This document shows, in pieces, positions 10,997 through 22,054 of a stretch of 64,000 nucleotides of DNA; within the stretch, counting starts at the first letter, position 1; each line of letters opens with the position of its first letter. The notes under the pieces were generated by a model that was not told where the DNA came from, did not search any database, and saw nothing but the letters and a program-made list of their open reading frames with translations. Source of the DNA: an uncultured Nitrososphaeraceae archaeon (GTDB taxonomy: Archaea; Thermoproteota; Nitrososphaeria; Nitrososphaerales; Nitrososphaeraceae); contig CAVXZB010000064.1 of assembly GCA_963765895.1 (NCBI GenBank), positions 64,001 through 128,000 of the forward strand, written 5' to 3'. Position numbers and translations under genes: made by a program.

Positions 10997-12067
10997 TTGA
11001 AATCAAAGAGTAACCAAGACTACGGTGGTCTAGTAACGATATCCTGGCAGGACAATTCGGTGATTATGATAGACCAGACAAGGCTTCCTAACAAACTTGT
11101 ATATCGTAAGCTTCGAAATTACACTGAAGTAGCCGATGCTATAAAAAAGTTGAGAATAAGAGGTGCTCCCGCGATAGGAGTAGCTGGTGCTATGGGACTT
11201 GCACTAGCATGCATAAAGAGCAGTTCGGCTAACAAAAACGGGCTAATTGTTGATTTACAACACGCCTACGACATTTTACTGTCTACCCGTCCTACAGCCA
11301 TTAATTTGTTTTGGGCCTTGGAGAGAATTATGAAAGTCGCAAGAAAAGGGAAAAGAGTCAAGGAAATTCAGGATATTGTCGTTAGGGAGGTTATTAAAAT
11401 GGCAGAGGAGGATATTTGGATAAACCGAAAAATGGGAAAAATAGGCTCAGGGTTATTTAAAAATGGTGAGACAGTCATGACACATTGTAACGCCGGATCA
11501 TTAGCAACTGTAGGGTTTGGTACGGCTTTAGGCGTCATTAGGGCTGTCAAAGAGTCCGGTAAGAGTATAAACGTGGTCGCCACAGAGACAAGACCAGTTT
11601 TACAGGGTTCTCGATTAACGGCTTTTGAACTTCAACATGATGGTATAGATGTGACCCTGGTACCTGATACCGGCGTCGGTATCTTGATGGCAAAAGGTAT
11701 AATAAAACGGATTATAGTAGGGGCTGATAGAATACTACGGACTGGCCATGTGTTCAATAAAGTAGGCACATATCAGATCGCTACCCTGGCTAGGGCGCAT
11801 AAAGTCCCTTTTTATGTGGCTGCTCCTCTTTCAACATTTGATCTCAAAAGTCGAGTTGAAGACGTAGTAATAGAGGAAAGAGATTCAAAAGAGGTAACTA
11901 CTATGGTGGGGAGAAGAATAGCTCCAAAAGGCATACGCATATTTAATCCCGCATTTGATGTGACTCCTCCACATTTGATTTCAACTATTGTAACTGAAAA
12001 AGGACTACTAAGGCAGCCCCTAAGTGAATCTATTCGTAATATATTCAAGTTACCGATGATCTCATGA
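10997..12067 (+). CDS. mtnA: S-methyl-5-thioribose-1-phosphate isomerase (eIF-2B alpha-like)
   Basis: IDQTRLP, RGAPAIG, RPTAINL, THCNAGSLAT, ETRPVLQGSRLT and NPAFDVTP. Confidence 0.9.
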   Translation: MKSKSNQDYGGLVTISWQDNSVIMIDQTRLPNKLVYRKLRNYTEVADAIKKLRIRGAPAIGVAGAMGLALACIKSSSANKNGLIVDLQHAYDILLSTRPTAINLFWALERIMKVARKGKRVKEIQDIVVREVIKMAEEDIWINRKMGKIGSGLFKNGETVMTHCNAGSLATVGFGTALGVIRAVKESGKSINVVATETRPVLQGSRLTAFELQHDGIDVTLVPDTGVGILMAKGIIKRIIVGADRILRTGHVFNKVGTYQIATLARAHKVPFYVAAPLSTFDLKSRVEDVVIEERDSKEVTTMVGRRIAPKGIRIFNPAFDVTPPHLISTIVTEKGLLRQPLSESIRNIFKLPMIS

Positions 12068-12644
12068 TAGACTAGGAATTGCATTTTATACTTTCACTAT
12101 CCAAAAACGATATGATATACAAGATTCAAGAGCCTTAGGTTGAGATTTTATATTCTTTATTACGAATTGGCATCAAAATTAGAATGAGATATATAATATG
12201 GATTATGCCGTATGATAACAAAGGGGATTTAGATTGGGCTACCCGCGCAGAGGACTACATAAATCTATATGTTCAATATCGCATAGTATTTACGAATAAG
12301 AAGATCTCCATCCCAGCCCGAAGTTAGGCTGTGCCAATAAGATAAATTTTGTAAGAATAACAAACAAAATCATTTATGTGCTCCATGGGCATAGAGATAC
12401 CTAAAAAGGACATGAATATCATGGCAATTAATCAGATTCCTCGACGTTCTCCTAGCTATTTACATAGATTTGTTTATTTGAGCCTTATTTGCATGCGGTT
12501 AGAGGATCATATTCATAATACATAATCGACTACATTAGTTCTATTATAATTCTCTGAAAGTACGATTTGTAAAGAGCAGCCATTGCTCAAATTTAAAGGA
12601 CTAACAATAAGTATTTATCGTATGTATGGTCAGGTACCCTAGGG

Positions 12645-13245
12645 ATGTCGTCTCAGATGGTTTCGGAGGGTCAAGTCTATGCAGCCCTAAGGAAATGTAT
12701 GGATCCGGAAATTCCGGTGAATGTGGTTGACCTTGGTCTAATTTATGATGTTAAGGTTAAGCCCGAGAATACCGTAGATATTAAAATGACGATGACCACT
12801 AGGGGTCTGCCCTTTACATGATACCTTAGTCGGTGATGTAAAGAGGTATGTTGGTAAAGTTAATGGAGTTCAAAACGTCGACGTAGAAATAGTGTGGGAT
12901 CCCCCATGGGATATAAACAAAATGGATCCGAACGTGCGAGAAAAGATGGGATTTGGCAAGCCAAAATTGCGATTTCAGGTTGATTATGAGACCTATATGC
13001 CTGTCAAAATAGGAAGTTCGACGTCAGAGAAGGATGGATCTCTGATCTTATTAAATGACAAAAATCAGGGGTTTATGGTAAATCAGGCTATTGTAGAATT
13101 CTGGAACTCGTGCGACGGAACGAAAACCGTCAATCAGCTCGCAGATCACTTCGCTTCGAAATTAGGCATGCCCAGACAGCAAGTTGAACAAGAAGTTGTA
13201 CAGCTAATACAACAGCTTTTGGAATCTGAATTACTTAAACCTTAA
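12645..13245 (+). CDS. DUF59/SufT-like Fe-S assembly domain fused to PqqD/RRE-like domain, +1 frameshift at about 12806
   Basis: Manual translation from ATG 12645 gives DPEIPVNVVDLGLIY...MTMTTRG[C]PLH...VWDPPW. The C-terminus FWNSCDGTKTVNQLA...QLLESELLKP is PqqD-like. Confidence 0.85.
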
Positions 13246-13282
13246 CTTCTAATTCACCAGCTGTTTATACTATAGCGAATTC

Positions 13283-13900
13283 ATGAAGCAGAATTTACGC
13301 AAGATTCAACTTGCTGAAAAAGTTATTGTGGAACTGGGTATGGGAGATGGGCAAGTTTTGCAAAGATTAGTTGAAGAATACTCCGGAGATCGAACTGTAG
13401 CTTATGTGGGTATCGAGAAAGATAAAATTTTAGCCCAACAGGCTCGGATGCGTGTGAAGTCACAAAACGTCTTGATAATAAACTCAATGTTTGAACAGAT
13501 CTTGATTCTATTTTGTGACCAATGCATAGATTTAGTGGTCATGGTGTTGCCGGATCCAGACTATATTGATCCTATTCATCATGAAAAATGGAGTCCATTT
13601 TATGGACAGATAATACGTTCAAAACTAAAGGACTCGGGAGTCCTTAAAGTAGTAACGGAAATTATTAGTGATTTACTAGAACCCGTGTCAGATGCTACCT
13701 ATTCAACACAGGTCAATTGGCTGATTGACGCGTTTTTCAACTTGGGCTTCAGTTTACTCACCAAGAAAGATGGCCCACCAGTTGGTTATGTCAGTTTCTA
13801 TTTGGATAAATTTGGAGCCGATCCACAGCGGATTCGCATAGTCACACTGGATTTCGTGAAACTTAAAAAAAGTTCCCTCCCAACTAATGTTGTCGAATAA
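13283..13900 (+). CDS. Class I SAM-dependent methyltransferase (TrmB-like)
   Basis: VELGMGDG, VGIE, LPDP and LKDSGVLKVVTE. Confidence 0.7.
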   Translation: MKQNLRKIQLAEKVIVELGMGDGQVLQRLVEEYSGDRTVAYVGIEKDKILAQQARMRVKSQNVLIINSMFEQILILFCDQCIDLVVMVLPDPDYIDPIHHEKWSPFYGQIIRSKLKDSGVLKVVTEIISDLLEPVSDATYSTQVNWLIDAFFNLGFSLLTKKDGPPVGYVSFYLDKFGADPQRIRIVTLDFVKLKKSSLPTNVVE

Positions 13901-13982
13901 CTATAAGCAGTTCTCCGATTATACATCTACCGTATTTCCATAGTTATGGATGATGACTTCATAGGATCAAATCCGTAGGAAA

Positions 13983-15134
13983 TCAGATTGTGGTCGCCAA
14001 TCCTTTACAGATTAGATACACGGCAGCGTAGGTCGGAAGCTTCTCTTTCCTATGACTTGCAGTAAATGTATGCCCTCCAAGCTTGAATTTGAGATTCGAA
14101 GGTTTCACATAAACCTGTACTTCAGTATCGCTTAATAAACAAGCATCATTTAATGGGTCGAATTTATTGAGATCCACACAACGAAGTTTGGATAAACCAC
14201 TCTTGCCATTCAAAGTTCCGCCATGTCTGAATATTCTATGTATATCGATAGTGACCTGTGGATCTATTTTTATTCCGATCTCCTTTGCGTACTCTCTAAT
14301 GTACTTGCGAAATTCTTCGTATCCGCCTAACTTATTAATGAGGTTTGTCAGCTTCGACAATGATGATCGATCTATTCGAAGTTTTCTCGCTAATCGCAAG
14401 CTCCAACCATACCTGAACCCTATTTTAGAAAATTTGATGCTGACTTTGTTGTTTGGCCCCTTTCGTACACCGATCACCTCTGGTCCAATTCCATTTCCAA
14501 GTATGTAACCTACTAGATCAGATCTGGCACGAGAGTCAAGATGATGAAAGCAAGCATCATAGATGTACAGATGAAATCCGCTATTTCCAGAAAAGTACAC
14601 AGAAATACTCTCGTTCTCTAATCCAATTTCGTCAGTCAGAATAGTAATCAGTTTTTTTACTTCATTCCTTAAGCTGATGAAACAATTGCTACAAGGAATC
14701 GATTCGACTCGAACAGTCGAGTTCTTGCAGAGAGGGCATGGTCCATCTGTGCTATCTTTCATTTCACCGCAATTAGCACACAAATGATAACGATGGGTAA
14801 CATCGCATGATAGTCCCAGGTCTTTTGCATCTATATCAAAAATAAGGTCGGCACCCTTCCATCCTTTGTCTTGCATTGAATTAGTAGGGAAATTGTAATA
14901 TGCATTTGAACAATAAAAATCGGATGGGGTGTTTCTAATTAATGTTGCATAAACTTCCCTGATATTACTGAATGATAGGTGTCTCGTCATACCTGTTTGA
15001 AACGTCATGAGTCCAAATTCTCTTTCATTAATTCTGGAAGGTGTTTCAACTAGATCATTATGTTTAAAATAATATTCTCTAAATGCATTTCGAACAAACA
15101 ATAAGTCGCTTGTTGAATTCCTTAAGTTACTCAT
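13983..15134 (-). CDS. priS: DNA primase small subunit
   Basis: REFG, SNAYY, DLIFDID, FSGNSGFH, IDPQVTIDIHRIFR and a Zn motif. Confidence 0.95.
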   Translation of the reverse strand: MSNLRNSTSDLLFVRNAFREYYFKHNDLVETPSRINEREFGLMTFQTGMTRHLSFSNIREVYATLIRNTPSDFYCSNAYYNFPTNSMQDKGWKGADLIFDIDAKDLGLSCDVTHRYHLCANCGEMKDSTDGPCPLCKNSTVRVESIPCSNCFISLRNEVKKLITILTDEIGLENESISVYFSGNSGFHLYIYDACFHHLDSRARSDLVGYILGNGIGPEVIGVRKGPNNKVSIKFSKIGFRYGWSLRLARKLRIDRSSLSKLTNLINKLGGYEEFRKYIREYAKEIGIKIDPQVTIDIHRIFRHGGTLNGKSGLSKLRCVDLNKFDPLNDACLLSDTEVQVYVKPSNLKFKLGGHTFTASHRKEKLPTYAAVYLICKGLATTI

Positions 15135-15150
15135 ATCGATTTCGTTACTA

Positions 15151-16164
15151 TTATTCTGGCCTACGCCTAAATTTCAATGGATTTATTATTTCCCCGCAAT
15201 CTGAAGTACGAAAGCATAGATCTTCACTATTTAACTTACTGCAAGACGGAACGTTATATCGAGTTTGGCCTCCCTTAAGCCCTGCCAAATGCTCAATTTG
15301 GTATCGAGTTATTTTCTCATTGAAATCAGGTGCAGGATGAAATAGAGTCACGATCGAATCAATACTCTTGCCTATCGATAGCATGTATGTGGCCACCATG
15401 AGTCTTGCGGTATGAGGCAGATTCTCGCCCTTAGACATTAGATCAAGAGCATGCTTTATACACGGTGGATAATCTGAAATTCTAGGTAGTTTGTATTCAA
15501 AAGTCGGTCTAAACTTGAGCGCCAGATCGTTTGCTTTCTGTACCATTGGTTGTGGAACATTTGATAATGACATTGCTCTAATTTTTTCATATATGAAATT
15601 GCTAAGTTCATTTCTTACTAGCCTCACTATTTCCTCCGCATCAAGGTAAACGTATCCGCCATGCACGGTCTTATTTACTACTTTCCATCCCTCTTCGTGA
15701 AAGTGAGAAGACCTTACCAGGTAATCCGTTACTTTCATTTTGAATACTTGAGCGTTTTCTGGATCAATGTCCACTTCGACTTTAAACAGTTCCTTAAAAA
15801 TTTCAAATAAGAGCAACTGCTTCTTTCTCTCGTCTCTCTCGGAACGCAAGTCCTGAATTAGAAAAGCCTCCGCTCTCATAGCTTCAAATAAGGAATGCTT
15901 TTTGAAGATTTGTTCTACCTTAGTTAACTTAACTAGTATAAGCGCGCTCAAAAACGTTAAAACTTCCACTTCGTGCCTTTCAAGATTTTTATAAATCTTC
16001 CCTTGCATTTCAACCTCCACCCTAACTGCAGCCCTATCAATGATGTACTCCATTTCCGGTCTGTTAAATTCATCAACATCGAGATGACTCTCAGCCAGAA
16101 ATTTTGAAGCTTCATTAAGAAATGGGTATTTCGCAAAATCGGCAGTTCCTAGTTTCAATGGCAA
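15151..16164 (-). CDS. priL: DNA primase large subunit
   Basis: AKYPFL, YPPCI, NLPHTAR, PDFNEKITRYQIEH and PSCSKL. Confidence 0.95.
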   Translation of the reverse strand: MPLKLGTADFAKYPFLNEASKFLAESHLDVDEFNRPEMEYIIDRAAVRVEVEMQGKIYKNLERHEVEVLTFLSALILVKLTKVEQIFKKHSLFEAMRAEAFLIQDLRSERDERKKQLLLFEIFKELFKVEVDIDPENAQVFKMKVTDYLVRSSHFHEEGWKVVNKTVHGGYVYLDAEEIVRLVRNELSNFIYEKIRAMSLSNVPQPMVQKANDLALKFRPTFEYKLPRISDYPPCIKHALDLMSKGENLPHTARLMVATYMLSIGKSIDSIVTLFHPAPDFNEKITRYQIEHLAGLKGGQTRYNVPSCSKLNSEDLCFRTSDCGEIINPLKFRRRPE

Positions 16165-16250
16165 TAGTATTTATAATATTATGTCTAACCGAAATAAAAA
16201 GGCCATCCTTACAATATATTAAATTGGATGCTGATTTAACATTGATTATT

Positions 16251-17132
16251 TTGGCAGGAGACCTCGGATTTCATGTATCCATTGCGGGAGGAATTGCAAA
16301 TTCCGTAGATAATGCAAAAAAGATAGGATGTACAGCTTTTCAAATATTTACTCGCAACCCTAGAGGTTGGAGCGGTAAAGAGCTAGATCCAGACGACGTG
16401 AGAAGCTTTCGCAAGAGGCTACATGAGAGCAAGATAAATCCAGATTCAGTAGCTGTTCACATGCCATATCTTCCGAACTTATCTGCTCCAGACGGGGCAG
16501 GATACGAAAAATCAGTAGAGACTCTTTGCTCAGAACTAGTTCGATGCGCCATATTACAGGTACCGTACTTGATTATCCATCTCGGAAGCCACCTCGGAAA
16601 GGGTTCTGCTAATGGGATCAGTCAGCTAGTTAGGGCTTGTAACAATAGCATCGAAAAATCAAAATCAACCATTAAGTCGAATAAGAACGTAAAAAATGTG
16701 AAAATTTTACTTGAGAACAGTGCTGGACAGTCAAATTCTGTAGGTGCAACTTTTAAAGAACTTGGCCACATAATAGAAATGCTTGATGGCAAACAAAGAT
16801 TCGGAGTTTGCTTTGACACTTGTCACTCTTTCGCGGCTGGTTATGATTTAAGGAATAAAGCCGAGGTAGACAAAACGATAGAAGATTTTGATGACAAAGT
16901 TGGCTTGAAATATCTAAACCTTATTCATCTTAATGACTCAGTTAATGATATTGGATCTGGACTAGATCGCCACGAGCACGTCGGCCTGGGTAAGATCGGA
17001 AAGGAGGGTTTTCGTGCTATACTTTTACATAGCGCAATAAGGAAACTCCCCATAATAATGGAAACGCCCATAGACGGAAGACGAGGAAATATCGAAAATT
17101 ATCACTATGTAAAGCATTTGCTCGAGATGTAA
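16251..17132 (+). CDS. nfo: Endonuclease IV (AP endonuclease family 2); start probably TTG 16251
   Basis: GFHVSIAGG, QIFTRNPR, HLGSH, LLENSAG, CFDTCH, HLNDS, DRHEH and METP. Confidence 0.95.
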   Translation: MAGDLGFHVSIAGGIANSVDNAKKIGCTAFQIFTRNPRGWSGKELDPDDVRSFRKRLHESKINPDSVAVHMPYLPNLSAPDGAGYEKSVETLCSELVRCAILQVPYLIIHLGSHLGKGSANGISQLVRACNNSIEKSKSTIKSNKNVKNVKILLENSAGQSNSVGATFKELGHIIEMLDGKQRFGVCFDTCHSFAAGYDLRNKAEVDKTIEDFDDKVGLKYLNLIHLNDSVNDIGSGLDRHEHVGLGKIGKEGFRAILLHSAIRKLPIIMETPIDGRRGNIENYHYVKHLLEM

Positions 17133-17369
17133 TATCTTAATTTGGTTCACGGATTACTTCTATCAATGGGGTAAAGAAGGTTGGAAGAAAGCATCGAGCT
17201 AAACTGAATTTCTACATGCATTAACGAGGTTATATACGATTCATCATTTAACGAGCTTGGTTTGTCTTGGTTTAATATATGCCGCCGTTGCAGGTATAAA
17301 TGGAGTTATATAAATTTGAAAAGCAAGAAGGAATAGACTTAAAACCCCTATTATGAGGTTGATGACATC

Positions 17370-18843
17370 ATGAGCGAATACGACCAGATTATGAAGCTCG
17401 CTTTGGAGCGGGGCTTTTACTTCCCAAGTTGTGAAATTTATTCAGATGCTCTTGCAGGCTTTTGGGACTACGGACCAATAGGTTTGAGAATGAAGAATAA
17501 ATTCATTGATCTCTGGCGAAGAGAACTCGTTAGGAGGGATGGGATGTGGGAGATAGATGGGTCACAGATCATGAGTAAAAAAGTCTTTATTGCCTCTGGA
17601 CACCTGGGAAACTTCACCGATCCAGTTGTAAAATGTACAAAATGCAATTCCACGTTTAGAGCCGATAGATTTGTTTCCGAAAAAACTGGTATCTATATTC
17701 CGGAAAGAGCTTCTAATGATGAAATTGATACTATCATTAGAAAGCATTCTATTAATTGTCCAAGGTGCAAGGGCGAATTAGGACCTACTAATAGATTTAA
17801 TATGATGTTCAAAGTTGAAGTTGGTCCGTCGGCTGACGAAGCCTATCTTAGGCCTGAAACCTGTCAATCAATATTTGTAGACTTCCCACGAATTTTCAAA
17901 GTCATGCGCGGGAGATTACCTATTGCTGTTGCCCAGATAGGCAAGAGTTTTAGGAATGAAATTGCCCCACGACAAAGTCTACTGAGACTACGAGAATTCT
18001 ATCAGGCCGAGATTGAAGTGTTCTGCAATCCCGAAAGACTAAACGAGGTACCACAGTATGACGAAGTCAAAGGTACTACTTTAAATATTTTCGACGGAGG
18101 ATCATCTCAAGAAGTAACAGTTCAGGAAGCAGTTGATAGAGGCGTTTTACCTAACACACTTATCGCATATTACCTTGCAATACTTAGTCAATTTTATTCC
18201 AAGACTGGAATAGACATGAGGAGAACTCGTTTCCGAAAGCTCTCTGATACTGAGAAGGCATTTTATGCCACTATCGCATTTGACTTTGAAGTAGAAACCA
18301 GTCTAGGCTGGCTAGAACTTGTTGCTTGCAATTATAGATCTGACTATGATCTCAGCGGTCATGGGGCAACAAGTAAAGAAAACCTCGAAGTCATTGATCC
18401 ATCAAGCCAGTCGAAGATATTACCCCATATTTTCGAACTCTCGATGGGAATTGATAGAAGTCTATATGCTATCTTAGAACATTCCTATCATGAAGACTAT
18501 GAGCATGATGATAGAGTGGTTTTAAGACTAAAACCATACTTGGCACCAATAACCGTAGGTGTGTTACCACTAATGACCAAGGATGGCATAGGAGATAAAG
18601 CTCGCAACATTTATGCCGCGATACGAAAGGAATTTGATGCCTTTATAGATGAATCAGGATCTATTGGCAGGAGATATAGACGATTAGAAGAAATTGGAGT
18701 AACCATTCGCGATAACAATAGATAAAACCTCTATGGTCGATGAGACTGTAACTATTAGAAATAGAGATACTATGAAGCAAGAAAGGATAAGAATTTCTGA
18801 AATAAACCCCGTTTTAGCAAAAGCAGTTTATCATTATGAATGA
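17370..18843 (+). CDS. glyS: Glycine--tRNA ligase (alpha2 type), +1 frameshift at about 18701
   Basis: WDYGPIG, YLRPETCQ, GKSFRNEI, RLREF, ELSMGIDR and GSIGRRYRR. The shifted frame continues PFAITID...VTIRNRDT to TGA 18843. Confidence 0.95.
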
Positions 18844-19200
18844 AACTTTCGAACATACGTAAGGTGGATCAATTCGTGAATCGGATCGTTAACAAAATAT
18901 CACTAGCCTAGATTGATAGTAAAATTGCGTTTGTATTACGGAGCTATACACTGTGGGCTATCATAATATTTCAAACCTTAGATCTTTATTAGTTCGAATT
19001 TTGAACGCACATTCCTATCGATACTTTTACGCATAACTTTGCCGTCTATCCAGTAATTTTTTTGTAAGGACCGGTAACTGATTTGAACCGAAATTTTGAT
19101 AGTTGACAGTCCAAAATTTAATGTTAAGATAATCCATATTAATGACGGAATCTCAAAACAACAATATTTATTTAGCATAACAAGCCTTGAAAAGACATAT

Positions 19201-20043
19201 ATGGTAGTTGACAATAGAGGAATAATTTCGTATATCCGGGTTCTTAAGGAAGACCTGACTATCTATAAAATTAATCCTTCTGATGGTCCTGTTCCAGATT
19301 TTAAGGCAGGCCAGTTTGTAACTATAGGTCTTCATATTCCAAAGGAAGGAAAAATAATCAGAAGGGCATATTCTATAGCGTCTCCTCCGGAACAGAAGAA
19401 GTATTTTGAATTGATAATTAGATGGGTTAGAAAGCCACTTCCGGGTCGCTTAACAACTGAGCTATTTAATATTACTGAAGGTGACGAGGTTTTATGGGTT
19501 AAACCCACTGGTATATTTACTATAAATCATAAGAAGCATGATGGAATGGATGATAACAGGAGGATGGTACTCATTGGGGGAGGAACTGGACTAGCACCTT
19601 TTATCTCCTATTCACTTCATCTCAAAGCAATACGAAGCAAACGGGAAATAATAGTCCTACATGGTGCTAGTTATGTCGACGAGTTAAGCTATCGTGAGCT
19701 TCTATCTGATTTGGAAAGTGAAAGCCTCGATCTAGGACCGAACGCCTGGAACTTCCGATATAGAGCAAGCATCAGTAGACCACAAGAGTGGTTTAATAGA
19801 ACCTGGAGCGGGCAGAAAGGTAGGGTTGAGTCGTTCCTTAGGCCCAAACCTGGTACTGATCGATCGCCGCTTGAAGAACTGGTCGGTGAAAAAATAACAC
19901 CGGAGAATACTTCTTTTTATGTGTGCGGCTGGCAAGGAACGGTCGATGGTGCATTGGACTATTTAATACCTAAAGGATTCGTAACTGAGCGCCAAAAAAG
20001 AAAGGACGGTAGTTATGAAGTGAAATTTGAATCGTACGGTTAA
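19201..20043 (+). CDS. fpr: Ferredoxin--NADP(+) reductase
   Basis: FKAGQF, RRAYSIAS, GGTGLAPF, YVCG and C-terminal ESYG. Confidence 0.9.
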   Translation: MVVDNRGIISYIRVLKEDLTIYKINPSDGPVPDFKAGQFVTIGLHIPKEGKIIRRAYSIASPPEQKKYFELIIRWVRKPLPGRLTTELFNITEGDEVLWVKPTGIFTINHKKHDGMDDNRRMVLIGGGTGLAPFISYSLHLKAIRSKREIIVLHGASYVDELSYRELLSDLESESLDLGPNAWNFRYRASISRPQEWFNRTWSGQKGRVESFLRPKPGTDRSPLEELVGEKITPENTSFYVCGWQGTVDGALDYLIPKGFVTERQKRKDGSYEVKFESYG

Positions 20044-20087
20044 CTTACCTTAAGCCTTATATCAGAGAAATAAGAGAAAGAACGTGT

Positions 20088-20423
20088 ATGAAATTTGAAT
20101 TTGAAGAATTCTCAACCATAGAGGATGTGTTCCTTTATCTTGTATCTGTTGCACCTTATATGAAGCAAATAATGCCGGTCAGTTCCTACAAGGGTTATGT
20201 ATTTTCGATTATTCCACTTAGCCCATTGACGGGCGATCTTTTGATGATGGTATATACGAAAGGATCTCTGGAGCCAGGTATGATCGAGTTCGATGTAGCA
20301 AGCAAAAAGTTTAAGTCCGTAAGTTCCCTGGAACGAGCGGACAAGAACTATTTCATCATTTTAAGACCTAAGGCTGCTACAGTTGCCGACCAAGCAATTG
20401 CATTCTTAGAATCAAAACAATAG
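20088..20423 (+). CDS. Hypothetical protein
   Basis: 111-aa ORF directly downstream of FNR with protein-like composition. Confidence 0.7.
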   Translation: MKFEFEEFSTIEDVFLYLVSVAPYMKQIMPVSSYKGYVFSIIPLSPLTGDLLMMVYTKGSLEPGMIEFDVASKKFKSVSSLERADKNYFIILRPKAATVADQAIAFLESKQ

Positions 20424-20440
20424 AAAAGCGCGACCTCATC

Positions 20441-22015
20441 CTATGGTTTGTGAGATACAGCAGCTGTAACTGATCTCTTTCTTGCGTATCTACTCACTAT
20501 ATCGTCAGGATATTGCCCATGAAAAAGACTTTTACACAATCCACGGAGATATCTCATTATTGCCCATGTTCCTGCTTTTATAAGTGCAGCCATAAATACC
20601 TTCATCATAGGACCATATGTTTTGTTCCTAATTATGATAGGGATTATATCGTTTATGACCCACAAGTTATGCTGCCAACATTTCCAGAAAAGAGTAAACT
20701 GGGCTTCGTTCAAATTTCCAAAGTGCATGGAATTTCTCTCTGAGAAGTCCTGATATAGAAGAGGAGCAAGCAGGCCACGCATGTTGGTCTCTCGAAAGTC
20801 TTCGATAAGATCTATAGTGTACTGAGTCTCATCCGGGGTTTCATCAGGCCAGCCAATTATCAGGGTTAGTGCGGGGAACCAATGGTTATCATTAAGAATT
20901 TTTGTTCCCTCCCTAACAACAGTACCCCACTCTTCAGGCTGATATGGTTTGGTTTTCACGCCTAGATGCCGCTTCACCATCCTTGGGGCCACTGTCTCAA
21001 CTCCCAAATTGGTAGCAAGCCATCTGCCGCTATGTTGCATGTCGTTAACTTCTGATAACTTTTTAATTAGATCAGGAGATGAAGCCACAGCGGATAGCGT
21101 CATGTGGGTAGTTCCCACAAAATTCGCTCCAACTGACTTAAGACCTTTCCATAAGTTCAAGATCGCGTCTGCATTCGGTATGAAGTCCCTATTGTCGCAT
21201 CCGTATAATAACATCTCATCCGACTGAAGCCAGATCGAATCAAAACCATAAGCAAGATTTAACTTGGCTTCTTGTTGCAGTCTCTCGAGAGGTATGTCTT
21301 TTTTTGATCTCTTATTTACATCACAAAAATCACAACCTCTACCGCATCCCCGCATTGCCTCGACTAGTGAATTTATAGTCGGACCAGTTATCATTGGGAT
21401 GTTTTCGATGTTTCTGACAAAGGTATGCAAAAGTTCAGGGGCATCCCCGCTTTCTAGATCATGGAAAAGATCCAAAGCCAGTTCGTCCGCCTCACCAATT
21501 ACCACAGTATCTATGCCATGAATCTTCATACGGTCAGGCCGCGCGAGCTCCCAAGCGCCGTTTCCGCCAACTACAACTTTAAAGTCATATTTCTTCTTCA
21601 GTTGGATAATTGAGGCACACATCTTCTTAAATTTCATCGCCACATAAGAAAGCTTTTCAGGGGACATAGTAGTGGTAACGGGGGCCATGCCCAGTGGATC
21701 CATCACGTTTATACCCAAGACTTTGGTATTTGGTCCCACCGATTTGGCCAGCATTTCCGGGTGAGCTATGAAGATCTCATCCCTTTGATATTCCTTCAAT
21801 AATGCACCCTCTACTCTTCTAAGCCCACATTGCGCTACCTTAACTTCTCCAGTATTTTTATCCGTCTCAACACTGGGACAAAATAACTTGTCAAAAACAA
21901 ATTCAGGTACTAATTCGTAGGGTCCACAAGCAATGAATCCGTAAAGGAAATTTCCCCTATAATTTGTCATCAGACTCCTATCCGCAGTCAAAACTATTCT
22001 TTTACCAGCTGCCAT
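20441..22015 (-). CDS. Radical SAM protein with B12-binding-like N-domain; probable GDGT ring synthase (Grs) family
   Basis: RGCGRGCDFC (CxxxCxxC). N-terminal IVLTADRSLM, GLRRVE and MDPLG resemble my recollection of the Grs family. Confidence 0.75.
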   Translation of the reverse strand: MAAGKRIVLTADRSLMTNYRGNFLYGFIACGPYELVPEFVFDKLFCPSVETDKNTGEVKVAQCGLRRVEGALLKEYQRDEIFIAHPEMLAKSVGPNTKVLGINVMDPLGMAPVTTTMSPEKLSYVAMKFKKMCASIIQLKKKYDFKVVVGGNGAWELARPDRMKIHGIDTVVIGEADELALDLFHDLESGDAPELLHTFVRNIENIPMITGPTINSLVEAMRGCGRGCDFCDVNKRSKKDIPLERLQQEAKLNLAYGFDSIWLQSDEMLLYGCDNRDFIPNADAILNLWKGLKSVGANFVGTTHMTLSAVASSPDLIKKLSEVNDMQHSGRWLATNLGVETVAPRMVKRHLGVKTKPYQPEEWGTVVREGTKILNDNHWFPALTLIIGWPDETPDETQYTIDLIEDFRETNMRGLLAPLLYQDFSERNSMHFGNLNEAQFTLFWKCWQHNLWVINDIIPIIIRNKTYGPMMKVFMAALIKAGTWAIMRYLRGLCKSLFHGQYPDDIVSRYARKRSVTAAVSHKP

Positions 22016-22054
22016 TTAATAATCGGTACCCCACGGATATTCGTTTATGGTTTG

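Noticed and set aside
16122-16250. Signal-peptide-like N-terminal extension on endonuclease IV
   Set aside because: It overlaps the divergent priL start and promoter region; the conserved domain begins near 16251.
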